Of a stretch of 64,000 nucleotides of DNA, positions 45,049-55,343 are shown in pieces. Origin of the DNA: an uncultured Eubacteriales bacterium (GTDB taxonomy: Bacteria > Bacillota > Clostridia > Oscillospirales > CAG-382); assembly GCA_934479825.1 (NCBI GenBank), contig CAKSOW010000002.1, positions 95,399 through 159,398 on the forward strand, in the 5' to 3' direction. Position 1 is the stretch's first letter. Every line of letters begins with the position of its first letter. The notes beneath the pieces were generated by a model that was given only the letters and a program-made list of their open reading frames with translations, searched no databases and had not been told where the DNA came from. The translations under genes were made by a program, and so were the position numbers.

Positions 45049-45912
45049 TTACAACTTGACGCGCTCATACTCGCGTTTCATGGCAAGCGCGTCCTCCGCC
45101 TGCGTGCCGTCCGATTCGCATATAATGGTCGGTTTGACGCCCAGCGAAACAATCGCTGCCATAAGCGGCTCAAAGGCCGGTCCAAAGACCGTATCTTCAA
45201 ATGTCAGATGACGCTTTTCGCCACCGGCCGTATATTCGATCTTGGAAAAATGGCAGTGCAGATGCTCGGCCGCCTCCGGATTCTTTTCGGCGGCTATACG
45301 GTCAAAAACGCGCTTATAATCGTCGGAAGTGTTGAAAACGCCCCCCTGCTCTCTGGCGTTCATATGGCCGAAATCCACCACCGGAACGACCGTCTCATCG
45401 ACTTTGCAGAGCGCGAGAACCTCGTCAAGCGTGCCAAGTTGACCGACTTTGCCCATTGTTTCCACGCCGAGTTTATAGCCGTATAAACCGGCTTTCTGCA
45501 ACTCGTCCAACGCATGCCGCAAAGCATCCGCGGCATACTCCACCGCTAACGCACGGTCGATCTTGGCACACGAACCGGCGTGAATAACCATGGTTTCGCC
45601 GCCCATCCGTTGAAGCGCTTTGGCGCTTTCCAGAATATAACGGGCACTTCCTAAGCGTTTCGCCTCCTCCACAGAGGAAAGCGAGATGAAATACGGAGCG
45701 TGAATCGACAGAGCAATTCCGACGTTTTTGGCCGCCTCTCCAAGCTTGGTAAAAGTTTCCTCTGAGGCGTTGACGCCGCGGCCTGCTTCGTATTCATAGG
45801 CGTCGAGGCCAAAGTTTTTGACCCATTCGGGCGCTTGCAGCGTACTTTTCTTGCCGTCCTTATAAAAGCTGTCAGCGTTGCCGCCCGGCCCGAAACGTGC
45901 AAAATCGGACAT
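45049..45912 (-). CDS. TIM-barrel protein of the endonuclease IV / xylose-isomerase-like superfamily
   Basis: ATG at 45912 has an AAAAGGAG RBS. ..SIHAPYFISL..VIHAGS..GVETMGK..DFGHMNA.. resembles the metal-ligand pattern of AP endonuclease family 2. Confidence 0.55.
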   Translation of the reverse strand: MSDFARFGPGGNADSFYKDGKKSTLQAPEWVKNFGLDAYEYEAGRGVNASEETFTKLGEAAKNVGIALSIHAPYFISLSSVEEAKRLGSARYILESAKALQRMGGETMVIHAGSCAKIDRALAVEYAADALRHALDELQKAGLYGYKLGVETMGKVGQLGTLDEVLALCKVDETVVPVVDFGHMNAREQGGVFNTSDDYKRVFDRIAAEKNPEAAEHLHCHFSKIEYTAGGEKRHLTFEDTVFGPAFEPLMAAIVSLGVKPTIICESDGTQAEDALAMKREYERVKL

Positions 45913-45946
45913 AATGATACTCCTTTTCAAACCAGATTTCTGATGA

Positions 45947-46468
45947 TTACCGTTTTTCTCCCCACGCGGATGCAAGTTTTTGCATGCGTTTTTTCGCGGC
46001 TCGCACAAACGGTTTTTCAAAAAAACGCTTAAAGCGGAAAAAGTTGGTTTCCACATTTTTGATTGGCCGCACGAGAATACTTTTTACGCCAAGTCTTGAC
46101 GCGGCAAGCACATCGGTGAAGATCTGATCGCCGACGGCGGCGCATTCTTCTAAGTTTACATGCTCTTCCGCGGCAAGCGCCCGGTATTTTTTGACGCCGG
46201 GCTTTCCTGCGTCGGCGGCATAGGGAATTCCGAGCGGTTCCGCAAAACGAGCGACGCGCTCATTGCTGTTATTAGACACGAAAAGCACCCGGATTCCGGC
46301 AGAGGACAGTGTCCCGAACCATTTCCGGTTTTCTTCGGTGGAATCCAGCTCATCATAAGGGACAAGCGTATTATCGATATCCAACAGCAAACAGCGTATT
46401 TTTTCTTTTTCTAAAAGAGCGAGCGGAATATCGTACACCGTCTCGAAATAATAATCCGGTACAAGCAT
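45947..46468 (-). CDS. YqeG-family HAD-IIIA phosphatase
   Basis: LLLDIDNTLVPYD (the DxDxT motif) and ...VSNNS...GDQIFTD. The start could be 46468 or 46474. Confidence 0.75.
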   Translation of the reverse strand: MLVPDYYFETVYDIPLALLEKEKIRCLLLDIDNTLVPYDELDSTEENRKWFGTLSSAGIRVLFVSNNSNERVARFAEPLGIPYAADAGKPGVKKYRALAAEEHVNLEECAAVGDQIFTDVLAASRLGVKSILVRPIKNVETNFFRFKRFFEKPFVRAAKKRMQKLASAWGEKR

Positions 46469-46558
46469 TTTCATCCTCATTTTCTGTTTTTCCGTCGGGC
46501 AAGAGACACAAAAGCCGAAGAATGCGGACATTCTTCGGCTGATTGGTTCAAGAAAAAC

Positions 46559-47689
46559 TTATTCGGCGTCCGTCGTTTCTTCCGGTTCGTTTTCTGCTTC
46601 AAGAAGAGCACGGATAGAAAGGCTGACTTTCTTTGCGTCGTAGTCGATCGCGGTGATCTTTGCCTTGACAACTTCGCCGACAGAAAGCTCATCAGCCGGC
46701 TTTACAATCTTATGGTCAGCAATCTGGGAGATGTGGATAAGACCATCAATGCCCGGAATCACTTCGGCAAAGGCGCCGAACGGAGTAAGGCTGACGATCT
46801 TGACATCAACAACATCGCCTTCGTTGTACTTTTCGGAAAGAATTGTCCAAGGATTGTCGGCTTCCATTCTGTGACCGAGAGAAATACGTTTCTTTTCAGG
46901 GTCAAGAGCCTTGATATAAACGTCGATCTCGTCGCCTACCTTGACAACTTCGCTCGGATTCTTGATACGTTTCCAGGACAGCTCGGTAATATGTACCATG
47001 CCGTCAACCGGACCAAGATCTACAAATGCGCCGTAGCTGGTAATCGATTTCACCTTACCGGTGAACTTCTGACCGACTTCTGCGGTTTCCCAGAATTTTG
47101 CTTCTGCCGCTTTCTTCTTTTCGGTAGCGACTGCTCTGACAGAACCGACAGCGCGCTTCTTGCGTGCATCCGTGCCGATTACCTTGAATTCGAGGGTCTG
47201 ACCGGCAAAAGGCGCCAGATCCTTTTCTTCATACGGCTCTTCGCGGCGCGGAAGAGTGGTCTGCGAAATCGGAATAAAGACGCGGCCAAACGGACTGATC
47301 ATAACAAGGCCGCCCTTGGTAAGTTCAATGACCTTACCGGTAAGAACGGTGCCGTTCTGTTCTGCTTCAACAAGAGCATCCCAGTTCTTGTCAGCGTCAA
47401 TGCGCTTTTTGGAAAGAAGGATCGTTCCTTCTGCGTCGTTGGGCTTTACAACGACAACGTCGATCTCATCGCCGACCTTGACAAGGTCTTCGGTCTTGGC
47501 GGTCGGGTCGTCCGTAAGTTCGGACAACGGAATCATACCGGTATATTTGATACCAAGGTCTACATGAACCTCGGTAGGTGTAACAGACGTTACTGTGCCC
47601 TTGACTCTTTCTCCTGTTCTGAGAGTTTTGAATGACGCATCGAGCATTTCTTCAAAGCTCATGCCGTCGTTGATCATGGATGTGTCCAT
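46559..47689 (-). CDS. rpsA: 30S ribosomal protein S1 (four S1 domains)
   Basis: 376 aa with repeated S1-fold units (..GTVTSVTPTEVHVDLG.., ..GKVIELTKGGL.., ..GKVKSITSYGAFVDLG.., ..VKIVSLTPFGAFAEV..). Confidence 0.9.
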   Translation of the reverse strand: MDTSMINDGMSFEEMLDASFKTLRTGERVKGTVTSVTPTEVHVDLGIKYTGMIPLSELTDDPTAKTEDLVKVGDEIDVVVVKPNDAEGTILLSKKRIDADKNWDALVEAEQNGTVLTGKVIELTKGGLVMISPFGRVFIPISQTTLPRREEPYEEKDLAPFAGQTLEFKVIGTDARKKRAVGSVRAVATEKKKAAEAKFWETAEVGQKFTGKVKSITSYGAFVDLGPVDGMVHITELSWKRIKNPSEVVKVGDEIDVYIKALDPEKKRISLGHRMEADNPWTILSEKYNEGDVVDVKIVSLTPFGAFAEVIPGIDGLIHISQIADHKIVKPADELSVGEVVKAKITAIDYDAKKVSLSIRALLEAENEPEETTDAE

Positions 47690-47702
47690 CGTTTGTTTTT
47701 CA

Positions 47703-48632
47703 TCAGTCCGACAGTTCTTTCAAGATTCTGTCAGTCCTGACTTTTACCTCCTCTATAATATCATCAGGCGTGGAAGCGCCTGCTGTGATCCCTACGGTAA
47801 ACGTTTGGCCGACCTTTCGGGCGGCATCTGCAAGAAGTCTGAAATCCTCCTCCGGCACATCCGACGCTTTTTCAAGCAAATAGACGTTCCGGCAGGAAAG
47901 CGACGCAATCTCGTACAGTTTGCGTGTATTGGAGCTTTTGGCTCCCCCTATCACACACATGACGTTCATGCGCGAAGCCATCTGTTTCACTTCATTCTGA
48001 CGATTTTCCGTAACACTACATATTGTATCAAAAATTCTTGTCCTTGTATATACTTTTTTTATAACTTTCTGACAATTTACATATTTTTCATGATTTCCGG
48101 TAGTTTGCGACACTAATATCGGCGTTTTTTCATCATCAAGACATATTTTTCTCATAAACACCGTGCATTCGTCTTCATCTGAGCAAACCACGCTTTCCCC
48201 ATGAGCATAGCTTTCGATTCCGGCTACCTCCGGATGATTCTTGTCGCCGACAATAATGACCGGCGAACCGTCGCGCGAATTCTCGTCCACGATCTTATGA
48301 ATGCGCTTGACAAAGGGACAGGTAGCATCCACCACCTCAAAGCCCTCTGCCGCAAGGCGTTCCGAAAGACATTTTGTGACGCCGTGGGTACGGATAACTA
48401 AAATGATGTCTTCTTTTTGTGCAAGAAGTCCGTCGATTTCCGAAACGGTTTCCAGACAGTAAATGCCGTCATTTTTCAGGCGTTCGATAAAAATGCCGTT
48501 ATGGATCAGTTCTCCGATCACATAAATGCGCTTATCGGTTTTGTGGCGCAGTTCATACACCATTTCCACCGCTCTGCGCACGCCAAAGCAAAAGCCGCAT
48601 GACTCCGCCACTTCGATCCGGTAGCCGTTCAT
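47703..48632 (-). CDS. ispH: 4-hydroxy-3-methylbut-2-enyl diphosphate reductase
   Basis: 309 aa. ..AESCGFCFGVRRAV.., ..ATCPFVKRIH.. and ..DTICSVT.. are the three conserved IspH Cys regions. Confidence 0.9.
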   Translation of the reverse strand: MNGYRIEVAESCGFCFGVRRAVEMVYELRHKTDKRIYVIGELIHNGIFIERLKNDGIYCLETVSEIDGLLAQKEDIILVIRTHGVTKCLSERLAAEGFEVVDATCPFVKRIHKIVDENSRDGSPVIIVGDKNHPEVAGIESYAHGESVVCSDEDECTVFMRKICLDDEKTPILVSQTTGNHEKYVNCQKVIKKVYTRTRIFDTICSVTENRQNEVKQMASRMNVMCVIGGAKSSNTRKLYEIASLSCRNVYLLEKASDVPEEDFRLLADAARKVGQTFTVGITAGASTPDDIIEEVKVRTDRILKELSD

Positions 48633-49351
48633 CTTCCGCTCTCCTTATCCGGTTTTACGGGATAGGCACTTTCGTCGAGCGCACGGATACGGTCAAAAAC
48701 CATGTCGCTGATTCTCTGATACTCCTCAGGGCTTTTCGCACCTGCGGCATATTCTTCAAACGAGATCGGCTTGCCGACGCGGACATGCACCCGGCGAAAC
48801 AGACGAACCTTGTAGTCCTTTGTAAAAATTGCCACCGGCACCACCGGCGCTTCCGTGCGGTAGACCATCATACCGACGCCGCTTTTGATATCCTTGGTTT
48901 CGGGTCTTACGCCGCGGCAGCGTTTTCCCTGCGGAAAAATACCGAGCGGTTCGCCGTGCTTCAAATAGGTGAGCGCCGTTTTGATGGCTCCTATATCGGC
49001 CGCGTCACGATCGACCGGAAACGCGCCGAGCGCGCGCAACAGTTTTCCCAAAAGCGGTATGCGAAACAACTGCACCTTTGCCATAAAGTGTACCGGCCGT
49101 TTGACGGCAATGGCCGCCAAAACGGGATCCCAGTTGGAAATGTGGTTGCCGCAGACAAAGCAAGCGCCGTCTTTCGGCATGTTTTCCGTTCCTTTGATAT
49201 CGGCAAAAAACAAGAATCGCACAAAGCCGGCCAAAAAGGCCACGGCAAAACGGTAAAGCCGCATGGGTTCCGGCGTATAAGGCTTCGGAACGGAGGACGT
49301 GCGGTTCTCACGGTTTTCGTTATTCTCTGCCGGTTTTTCCAAGTTTTCCAT
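48629..49351 (-). CDS. plsC: 1-acyl-sn-glycerol-3-phosphate acyltransferase
   Basis: HX4D motif NHISNWD and FPQGKR. ATG at 49351 lies 8 nt after GGAG. It overlaps the cmk 3' end by 32 nt; the alternative ATG at 49264 avoids the overlap. Confidence 0.8.
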   Translation of the reverse strand: MENLEKPAENNENRENRTSSVPKPYTPEPMRLYRFAVAFLAGFVRFLFFADIKGTENMPKDGACFVCGNHISNWDPVLAAIAVKRPVHFMAKVQLFRIPLLGKLLRALGAFPVDRDAADIGAIKTALTYLKHGEPLGIFPQGKRCRGVRPETKDIKSGVGMMVYRTEAPVVPVAIFTKDYKVRLFRRVHVRVGKPISFEEYAAGAKSPEEYQRISDMVFDRIRALDESAYPVKPDKESGR

Positions 49352-50000
49352 AAATGATCTCCAATGCTTTTTCCACGGTTTGGTCAGCGTCAAGAGCGCT
49401 GTTGTCGAAAAGAATGGCGTCTTTCGCCGGAACACAGGGAGCGGCGGCACGGGTCGCGTCGTTTTTATCACGCGTGCGCATATCGCCAAGCACTTCGTCA
49501 AGCGTTACGTTCTGACCTTTGGCAACAAGCTCTCTGTAACGGCGTTCGGCGCGGCAACGATCATCCGCGCTCAAAAAGATCTTGACCGACGCATTCGGCA
49601 GAACCACCGTGCCGATATCACGGCCGTCCATGATGACGTTTTCCTTTTCGGCAAAGGCACGCTGACGGTCAAGAAGAAAGGCTCTGACTGGCGGCAAAGC
49701 CGACACGGCAGACGCGTACATGGACATTTCCGGTGTGCGGATCTCGTCCGACACATCCTCGCCGTTTAAGAACACATGTTGAGCGCCGTCAAGCCATTTC
49801 AACTCGATTCGGATATTGTCAAACTGCTTTTCAAGCGCTTTGGCGTCCTTGGGGTCAATGCCGTTTCGCTTGGCAAAAAGGCCGACTGTGCGGTACATAG
49901 CGCCGGTGTCGATATAAAGATAGCCAGTTTTCCGGGAAAGCGCCTTGGCAAGCGTGGACTTTCCCGAACCGGATGGTCCGTCAATAGCAATTGAAATCAT
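49320..50000 (-). CDS. cmk: Cytidylate kinase
   Basis: MISIAIDGPSGSGKSTLAKALS...DTGAMYR... Confidence 0.93.
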   Translation of the reverse strand: MISIAIDGPSGSGKSTLAKALSRKTGYLYIDTGAMYRTVGLFAKRNGIDPKDAKALEKQFDNIRIELKWLDGAQHVFLNGEDVSDEIRTPEMSMYASAVSALPPVRAFLLDRQRAFAEKENVIMDGRDIGTVVLPNASVKIFLSADDRCRAERRYRELVAKGQNVTLDEVLGDMRTRDKNDATRAAAPCVPAKDAILFDNSALDADQTVEKALEIIYGKLGKTGRE

Positions 50001-51346
50001 ATTTCTTCCTCCGAAAGGATAGGCTGAGCGGCGTTTTTGGCCGCAAGATAAGCAGTTGAAAAAGCAATTTGCAGATTAAAACCGCCGGTATATGCGTCCA
50101 CATCCATTACTTCCCCGGCAAAATAAAGGCCGTCCGTGAGCTTGGATTCCATGGTTGAGGGGTTTATCTGCTTTACGTTCACGCCGCCGCTTGTGACAAT
50201 AGCCTCCGCCATGGGGCGCATAGCGGTGATATGCAGGGAAAACCGCTTGAAGTTTTCCGCAAGGCGCCGGCGGTCGCTCTTATTGAGCGCACCGGGTTTG
50301 GTATCGGGCGACAGACCGCACATGCGGCAAAAAGGCTCGGTCATGCTTTTAGGAAGCATTTCGCCTAAAAGATTGGAAAGATTTTTGGCATGTCCGGTTT
50401 CAAAGAGCGAAACAAGCCGCGCGTCGATCTGTGCCGGATCAAGCGCAGGCTTTAAATCGATATCCGCGCGGTATTTGCCGGCCGCAAAAGGGCGCATGTG
50501 CGCCGAGGCGGAAAGCACAAGCGGACCGGAAATACCGAAGTGAGTAAACAGCATTTCTCCCATTTTGGAATACACCGTTTTTTTTCGTTCGGTATCGACA
50601 ACAGAGAGCGTGACATTTTTCAAAGACAGCCCGGAAAGTCCCGAACACAGCGCCTGTTCCTCGCATTCAAGCGGGACAAGCGACGGAAGAAAATCGGTTA
50701 CGGTATGACCGAAATGCTCGGCAAACGCGAATCCGTCGCCGGTCGATCCGGTCTGCGGATAGGAAAGTCCGCCGGTACAGACGACCGTGCGGTCGAACAA
50801 GTGGGTTTCGCCGCATTCGTCGGTCAGAAGAAAGGAATTCTTTTTCTGTTCCGTAGTTTCCGGAGAATCCGTTTTTTCCATTTTCTCAATTTTCCGGTTG
50901 ATTACATGCACGCCGCGGCGTTTCAGTTCCGCTTTGAGCGCGCGCAGGACATCAAGCGCTTTATCAGAGGCCGGAAAAACTCTGCCGCCGCGTTCGGTTT
51001 TGAGCGGCACGCCGAGATTTTCAAAATAGGCCATAACCTTTTCGGGCGGAAAAGCGCGAAAAGCGGCATAGAGAAATTTCGGGTTACTGATAACGCTTGC
51101 GGTAAATTCTTCGGCGGTGCAGGCATTGGTGACGTTACAGCGGCCTTTACCGGTGATAAGCAGTTTTTTGCCCAAATAGGCATTATCGAAACAGCGTTCG
51201 CTGTCGAGGGTGCGTTCGGAGCGGTTCTTTTCAAACAAGGTAACGTCCGCGCCATTTTCTGCGGCAAGGCAGGCGCACATAAGTCCGGCGGCTCCTCCGC
51301 CGACGACGGCGACACGCGGTATATTAGCAAATTGCGGTTGGTTCAT
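49997..51346 (-). CDS. HI0933-family (BaiN/aminoacetone-oxidase-like) FAD-dependent flavoprotein
   Basis: VAVVGGGAAGLM dinucleotide motif and ..ITGKGRCNVTN... ATG at 51346 avoids overlap with the upstream regulator gene. Confidence 0.8.
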   Translation of the reverse strand: MNQPQFANIPRVAVVGGGAAGLMCACLAAENGADVTLFEKNRSERTLDSERCFDNAYLGKKLLITGKGRCNVTNACTAEEFTASVISNPKFLYAAFRAFPPEKVMAYFENLGVPLKTERGGRVFPASDKALDVLRALKAELKRRGVHVINRKIEKMEKTDSPETTEQKKNSFLLTDECGETHLFDRTVVCTGGLSYPQTGSTGDGFAFAEHFGHTVTDFLPSLVPLECEEQALCSGLSGLSLKNVTLSVVDTERKKTVYSKMGEMLFTHFGISGPLVLSASAHMRPFAAGKYRADIDLKPALDPAQIDARLVSLFETGHAKNLSNLLGEMLPKSMTEPFCRMCGLSPDTKPGALNKSDRRRLAENFKRFSLHITAMRPMAEAIVTSGGVNVKQINPSTMESKLTDGLYFAGEVMDVDAYTGGFNLQIAFSTAYLAAKNAAQPILSEEEI

Positions 51347-51350
51347 ACGT

Positions 51351-52217
51351 TTATTTACTGATAGGGGCTTCGTACACATCGTATTCGTCCCAAATCTGTT
51401 CAAGTTCGTTGAAGGTTTTTTCGAGTGTCAATCGGTTCTTACGGCCGATTGCGACGATAAGCGCGTTGATGATGCTGAGCGGCGCTACGAGCGAATCGAC
51501 GAAAGACGCCATGTCGCTTCGGGCGAACAGCTTGATATCCGCGAACATTGTAATGGGAGCGGTATCGCTGTCGGTCAATGCGATAACAGTCGCGCCGCGG
51601 CGTTTGGCAAATTCGGCAGCCGTTTTGGTACGTTTGGAATAGCGCGGATAGGAAATGGCGATGAGGACGTCGTCCTTGCCGATACGAAATACCTCTTCAA
51701 ACATATCGATTGTGGTATTGCTGCTGACGAGGTGGACGTTATCGAAAATATAGCGGAAGTAATGATTGATGAAATCGGCAAGCATATTGGAAGAACGTTT
51801 ACCGATGATATAGATATTTTTAGCGGTGCAGATCGTTTCGACAGCTTTCTCGAACGACACGTCGTCCAGATTTGCAAGCGATGCTTTCAGATTGGCGATA
51901 TCGGCGCTGACGACCGAAGAAGGGATATTGCGTTCGCCGATCAGGCTATCGGCCACGTCGATACGCTGAACGGCGGTCAGTTTGGAACGCAGGCTTTTTT
52001 GCAATTCGTTCTGGAAATCCGGATAGCCGGAAAAGCCGAGCTCAATTGCGAACCGCACGACGGTAGATTCCGAGATTCCGACCTCCGCGCCCAGTTTGGT
52101 AGCGGTTAAGTAAGCCGCTTTTTCGCTGTGTTCCAGAATATAAGCGGCGATCCGTTTATGGCTCTTTGACATTCCGTCCAGGGCATTTTTAATCTGTTCA
52201 AACAAATCTGTCTGCAT
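51351..52217 (-). CDS. MurR/RpiR-family transcriptional regulator (HTH plus SIS domain)
   Basis: ..SKSHKRIAAYILEH..TATKLGAEVGISESTVVRFA.. is the HTH_6 region, with a C-terminal SIS domain. ATG at 52217 follows TTGGAG. Confidence 0.85.
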   Translation of the reverse strand: MQTDLFEQIKNALDGMSKSHKRIAAYILEHSEKAAYLTATKLGAEVGISESTVVRFAIELGFSGYPDFQNELQKSLRSKLTAVQRIDVADSLIGERNIPSSVVSADIANLKASLANLDDVSFEKAVETICTAKNIYIIGKRSSNMLADFINHYFRYIFDNVHLVSSNTTIDMFEEVFRIGKDDVLIAISYPRYSKRTKTAAEFAKRRGATVIALTDSDTAPITMFADIKLFARSDMASFVDSLVAPLSIINALIVAIGRKNRLTLEKTFNELEQIWDEYDVYEAPISK

Positions 52218-52364
52218 AATTCGCTCCAAATCTCCCAGCTTTTCTTTCGGAGAAAAGCTGGGCAAAAGAACTCGCCTTTGTCCTGCAAGTATTTCTCGTA
52301 CAAGTACGGCAAATGTCCGGCATGGGGATTCACGGACATCCGTATTAATTTATATTATGACACA

Positions 52365-52391
52365 AAAAAGCCTTTTTTGTCAAGGCTTTTT
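52365..52391. terminator. Bidirectional A/T-flanked hairpin terminator
   Basis: AAAAAGCCTT-TTTTGTC-AAGGCTTTTT, a 10-bp stem, located 30 nt after the stop of the FAD protein gene. Confidence 0.75.
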
Positions 52392-52420
52392 ATGTGAAAA
52401 TCGCAAAAGACGGTAAAGTT

Positions 52421-53779
52421 TTAAATATCCAGGTGTTCGCCCACGTAAAGTCCCATAGCGCCTGCCTGGGAAAGTCCGCGGGTAACGCCGCTGCCGTCGC
52501 CGATGGCATAGACGCCGTCGCCGATCTCAAAATCGCCGCTAATGAACCTCGGACGAACGGAATAATATTTGGCCTCCACGCCGTAGAGAAGCGTATCGTA
52601 ATTGGATGTGCCGGGGGCGATGTTATTGATCGCGTACATGGTTTCGATGATGTTGTCAAGCTGGCGTTTGGGAATGCACAACGACAAATCGCCCGGAACA
52701 GCTTTTAAGGTCGGGCGCACGGTAGACTGTCCGATACGGTGGTCATTGGTGCGTTTTCCTTCCAGGAGGTCGCCGAAACGCTGGACAAGCACACCGCCGC
52801 CGCTGACCATGTTGCTTAAATGCGCGACATGCTTGGCATAGGCAATCGGTTCTTCAAAGGGTTGGGTGAAGTTGACGGTAGAAAGCAGCGCAAAGTTGGT
52901 ATTCTGCGTCTTTTTGGCTTCGTCGTTATTGGCATGTCCGTTGACGGTCATAATGCCGTCGGAATTTTCCATAACCACTTCACCGCCGTCGTTGAAGCAG
53001 AACATACGGCAGATATCCCCGTATTTTTTCGTGCGGTACAGAATTTTCGGCTCATAGATGACCTTGGAGATATGCCGCCACACAAGACGCGGCAGCTCGA
53101 CGCGCACGCCGATATCCACTTGGTTATTGGCAACCGGAATGCCTTTTTTGTGGCACAGTTCTCCGAACCAGCCCGAACCGACGCGTCCGACCGCGATAAC
53201 GAGCTTTTTATAGGTATATTCGTCCTTATCCGAACGGACTATTCGTTTGACTTCATCGATATCAGTCACGTCCTCATTGGTGAAGATATCGACCTTGGTG
53301 GCAAGGTCGGAAATCAAACGCGACATGGTTTTGAAGTTGCCGTCCGTACCGAGATGTTTGACACGCGCCTGCAAAAGGCGGAGGTCATATTTGAGACATT
53401 CAAGCTTGATCTCATCGCTCGGCATATAGACATTTTCATGAGCGCCATAGGAAACCAAGATCCTATCAAGTCTTTCGATATATTCGATCGTTTTTTCCGG
53501 GCCCAAGTAATTCGGCAGCCAACCGCCGTATTCCGTGGAAATAATGAACTTGCCGTCGGAATAAGCGCCGCAGCCGCCAAGCCCCTGCATGATACCGCAG
53601 CTTTTGCAGGACACGCATTTATCGGTCTTTTTGGCAATGATCGGGCAGGTACGCTTATCGATCGGGCTTCCGCGGTCGATAATGCAGATTTTGGTGTCCT
53701 TATTCTTTTCGTAGGCGCTGTAAGCGGTCATGAGGCCGCCGATGCCGCCTCCGATGATAACGATATCATAGTTTTTCAT
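52421..53779 (-). CDS. FAD-dependent oxidoreductase (COG2509-like, function uncharacterised)
   Basis: YDIVIIGGGIGGLM motif plus the Cys cluster CPIIAKKTDKCVSCKSCGIMQGLGGCG. Confidence 0.7.
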   Translation of the reverse strand: MKNYDIVIIGGGIGGLMTAYSAYEKNKDTKICIIDRGSPIDKRTCPIIAKKTDKCVSCKSCGIMQGLGGCGAYSDGKFIISTEYGGWLPNYLGPEKTIEYIERLDRILVSYGAHENVYMPSDEIKLECLKYDLRLLQARVKHLGTDGNFKTMSRLISDLATKVDIFTNEDVTDIDEVKRIVRSDKDEYTYKKLVIAVGRVGSGWFGELCHKKGIPVANNQVDIGVRVELPRLVWRHISKVIYEPKILYRTKKYGDICRMFCFNDGGEVVMENSDGIMTVNGHANNDEAKKTQNTNFALLSTVNFTQPFEEPIAYAKHVAHLSNMVSGGGVLVQRFGDLLEGKRTNDHRIGQSTVRPTLKAVPGDLSLCIPKRQLDNIIETMYAINNIAPGTSNYDTLLYGVEAKYYSVRPRFISGDFEIGDGVYAIGDGSGVTRGLSQAGAMGLYVGEHLDI

Positions 53780-53897
53780 GGTTTGACTCCTTTATTTTCT
53801 GTTCGCAGGATATAAGCCGTGCCGTCCAAAAAAGCGGACAGACACAAATAAGCGGTGCGGAAAACCGCACCGGTTTGATTTGGTTTGTTATTTGAGG

Positions 53898-54608
53898 TCA
53901 ATTGTCATAGTCCACATGCCCGACCGAGCCGAACGAAGTGAACGGGAACACACGCCAAAGCGCTTTGCCTAATATTTTGCGTGCGTCAATGTCGCCTACA
54001 TAGCGGCTGTCAAGGGAATTGGCGCGGTTATCGCCGCACACGAACACGCATCCCTCAGCCACGACATGTTCTTCCAACTGTCCGACCGCACGCGGATAGA
54101 TCGATTTATCCGGTTCGCGCTGAGGCGCGTCGCTCGGATCGGCATACAGGGAGGAATCCGGAAAATTGACATACGGCTCTTCAAGCACATGGGTATTCCC
54201 GTCGGTATCGATGACCGTGATTTTCCAGTTTTCGTAATCAACAATGACCGTTTCGCCCTCTGTGGCAATGACGCGTTTGATGATAGGACCGCGGAATGTT
54301 TTCTCAACCTCACCGTTCCAGATCATTTGCGATTCTGTATCGTGAATCACCACGATATCGCCGCGCTGCGGATGATAGGCCACGTCGGTGATGATCAATC
54401 TGTCGCCGTTGGCAAGCGTTTTGTCCATGGAATGACCGTCTACCGTGACAAAGCGGAACAAGAAAGTAAAGATAAACACGACGGCAAACAGCGCCTGACA
54501 GAAAGTCTGCACCCAATCGAATACTTCGGACACGGCGCGTTCCGAAGCCGGAAGTTTTTCCGGAGTTCCGGATACGTCAGGGGTATTGGTCTTTTCGTTC
54601 TGAGTCAT
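53898..54608 (-). CDS. lepB: Signal peptidase I (S26A)
   Basis: VDGHSMDKTL (catalytic Ser), GDRLII and GDNRANSLDSRY. ATG at 54608 follows GAAAGGA. Confidence 0.9.
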   Translation of the reverse strand: MTQNEKTNTPDVSGTPEKLPASERAVSEVFDWVQTFCQALFAVVFIFTFLFRFVTVDGHSMDKTLANGDRLIITDVAYHPQRGDIVVIHDTESQMIWNGEVEKTFRGPIIKRVIATEGETVIVDYENWKITVIDTDGNTHVLEEPYVNFPDSSLYADPSDAPQREPDKSIYPRAVGQLEEHVVAEGCVFVCGDNRANSLDSRYVGDIDARKILGKALWRVFPFTSFGSVGHVDYDN

Positions 54609-54718
54609 AAAATCCATTCCTTTCTGAAACAGATCATCCGCCCAAAGCGGAAAACTCTGTTCCGGCGGCAGAATCAACCGGAGAGTTCCGTAAAAACTTT
54701 CCGGTACGGAAAAACGAT

Positions 54719-54749
54719 AAAAAGAGACCCGATACGGGGTCTCTTTTTA
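54719..54749. terminator. Hairpin terminator after rplS
   Basis: AAAAAGAGACCC-GATACG-GGGTCTCTTTTT, with A and T tracts on both sides. Confidence 0.8.
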
Positions 54750-54827
54750 TCAACCCCGGTTGTCTGGGGCATAACCGCGCCAAAGGACGCGGCTGAGAAT
54801 CGTTTTTGTACGCCGAGAGCTTTTCTC

Positions 54828-55178
54828 TTAGCCTTCGATGCGTTCCTTGACCTTTGCGCTCTTGCCAACGCGGTCACGCAGATAGAAGAGCTTTGCGCGT
54901 CTGACCTTACCGGTACGGATAACGTCAACCTTGACCACATTCGGGGAATGGATCGGGAAGGTCTTTTCAACGCCGACACCGTAGGAAATACGTCTTACGG
55001 TGAAGGTTTCGCCGATGCCGCCGTTACGCTTAGCGATAACGGTGCCTTCAAACATCTGGATTCTCTCTCTGTTTCCTTCTTTGATGCGGTTGTGAACACG
55101 GACGGTGTCACCGACGTTGAAAGAAGGGATCTCGTTCTTGAGCTGCTCGTTTGCAAAAGCCTCGATGATATTGTTCAT
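54828..55178 (-). CDS. rplS: 50S ribosomal protein L19
   Basis: 116 aa. ..[35 protein letters not shown].. Confidence 0.97.
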   Translation of the reverse strand: MNNIIEAFANEQLKNEIPSFNVGDTVRVHNRIKEGNRERIQMFEGTVIAKRNGGIGETFTVRRISYGVGVEKTFPIHSPNVVKVDVIRTGKVRRAKLFYLRDRVGKSAKVKERIEG

Positions 55179-55273
55179 TTTGGTTTTCCTCCTTAATTCT
55201 TAGACATTCATACGCAGCGTGCAGAGGAATGCCCGTTTCTTTTAGCGCTATATACCCATAACGCAACGATTAG

Positions 55274-55302
55274 ATTATAACACACGGAAATGCGTTTTGC
55301 AA
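55274..55302 (-). promoter_or_regulatory. SigA promoter of rplS (followed by a leader of about 95 nt)
   Basis: Minus strand: TTGCAA (55297-55302), a 17-nt spacer, then TATAAT (55274-55279). The leader could be an L19-type autoregulatory element, but I did not verify that. Confidence 0.7.
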
Positions 55303-55343
55303 GAGATATTTCCAAATTTATATGAATTATCTGTAAATTCGCA

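Noticed and set aside
49320-49351. The 32-nt cmk/plsC overlap as evidence of a frameshift or fusion.
   Set aside because: Both proteins are full-length relative to their families. The overlap depends only on the choice of start codon (the alternative ATG at 49264), and short overlaps are common in this operon (ATGA junctions at 48629 and 49997).
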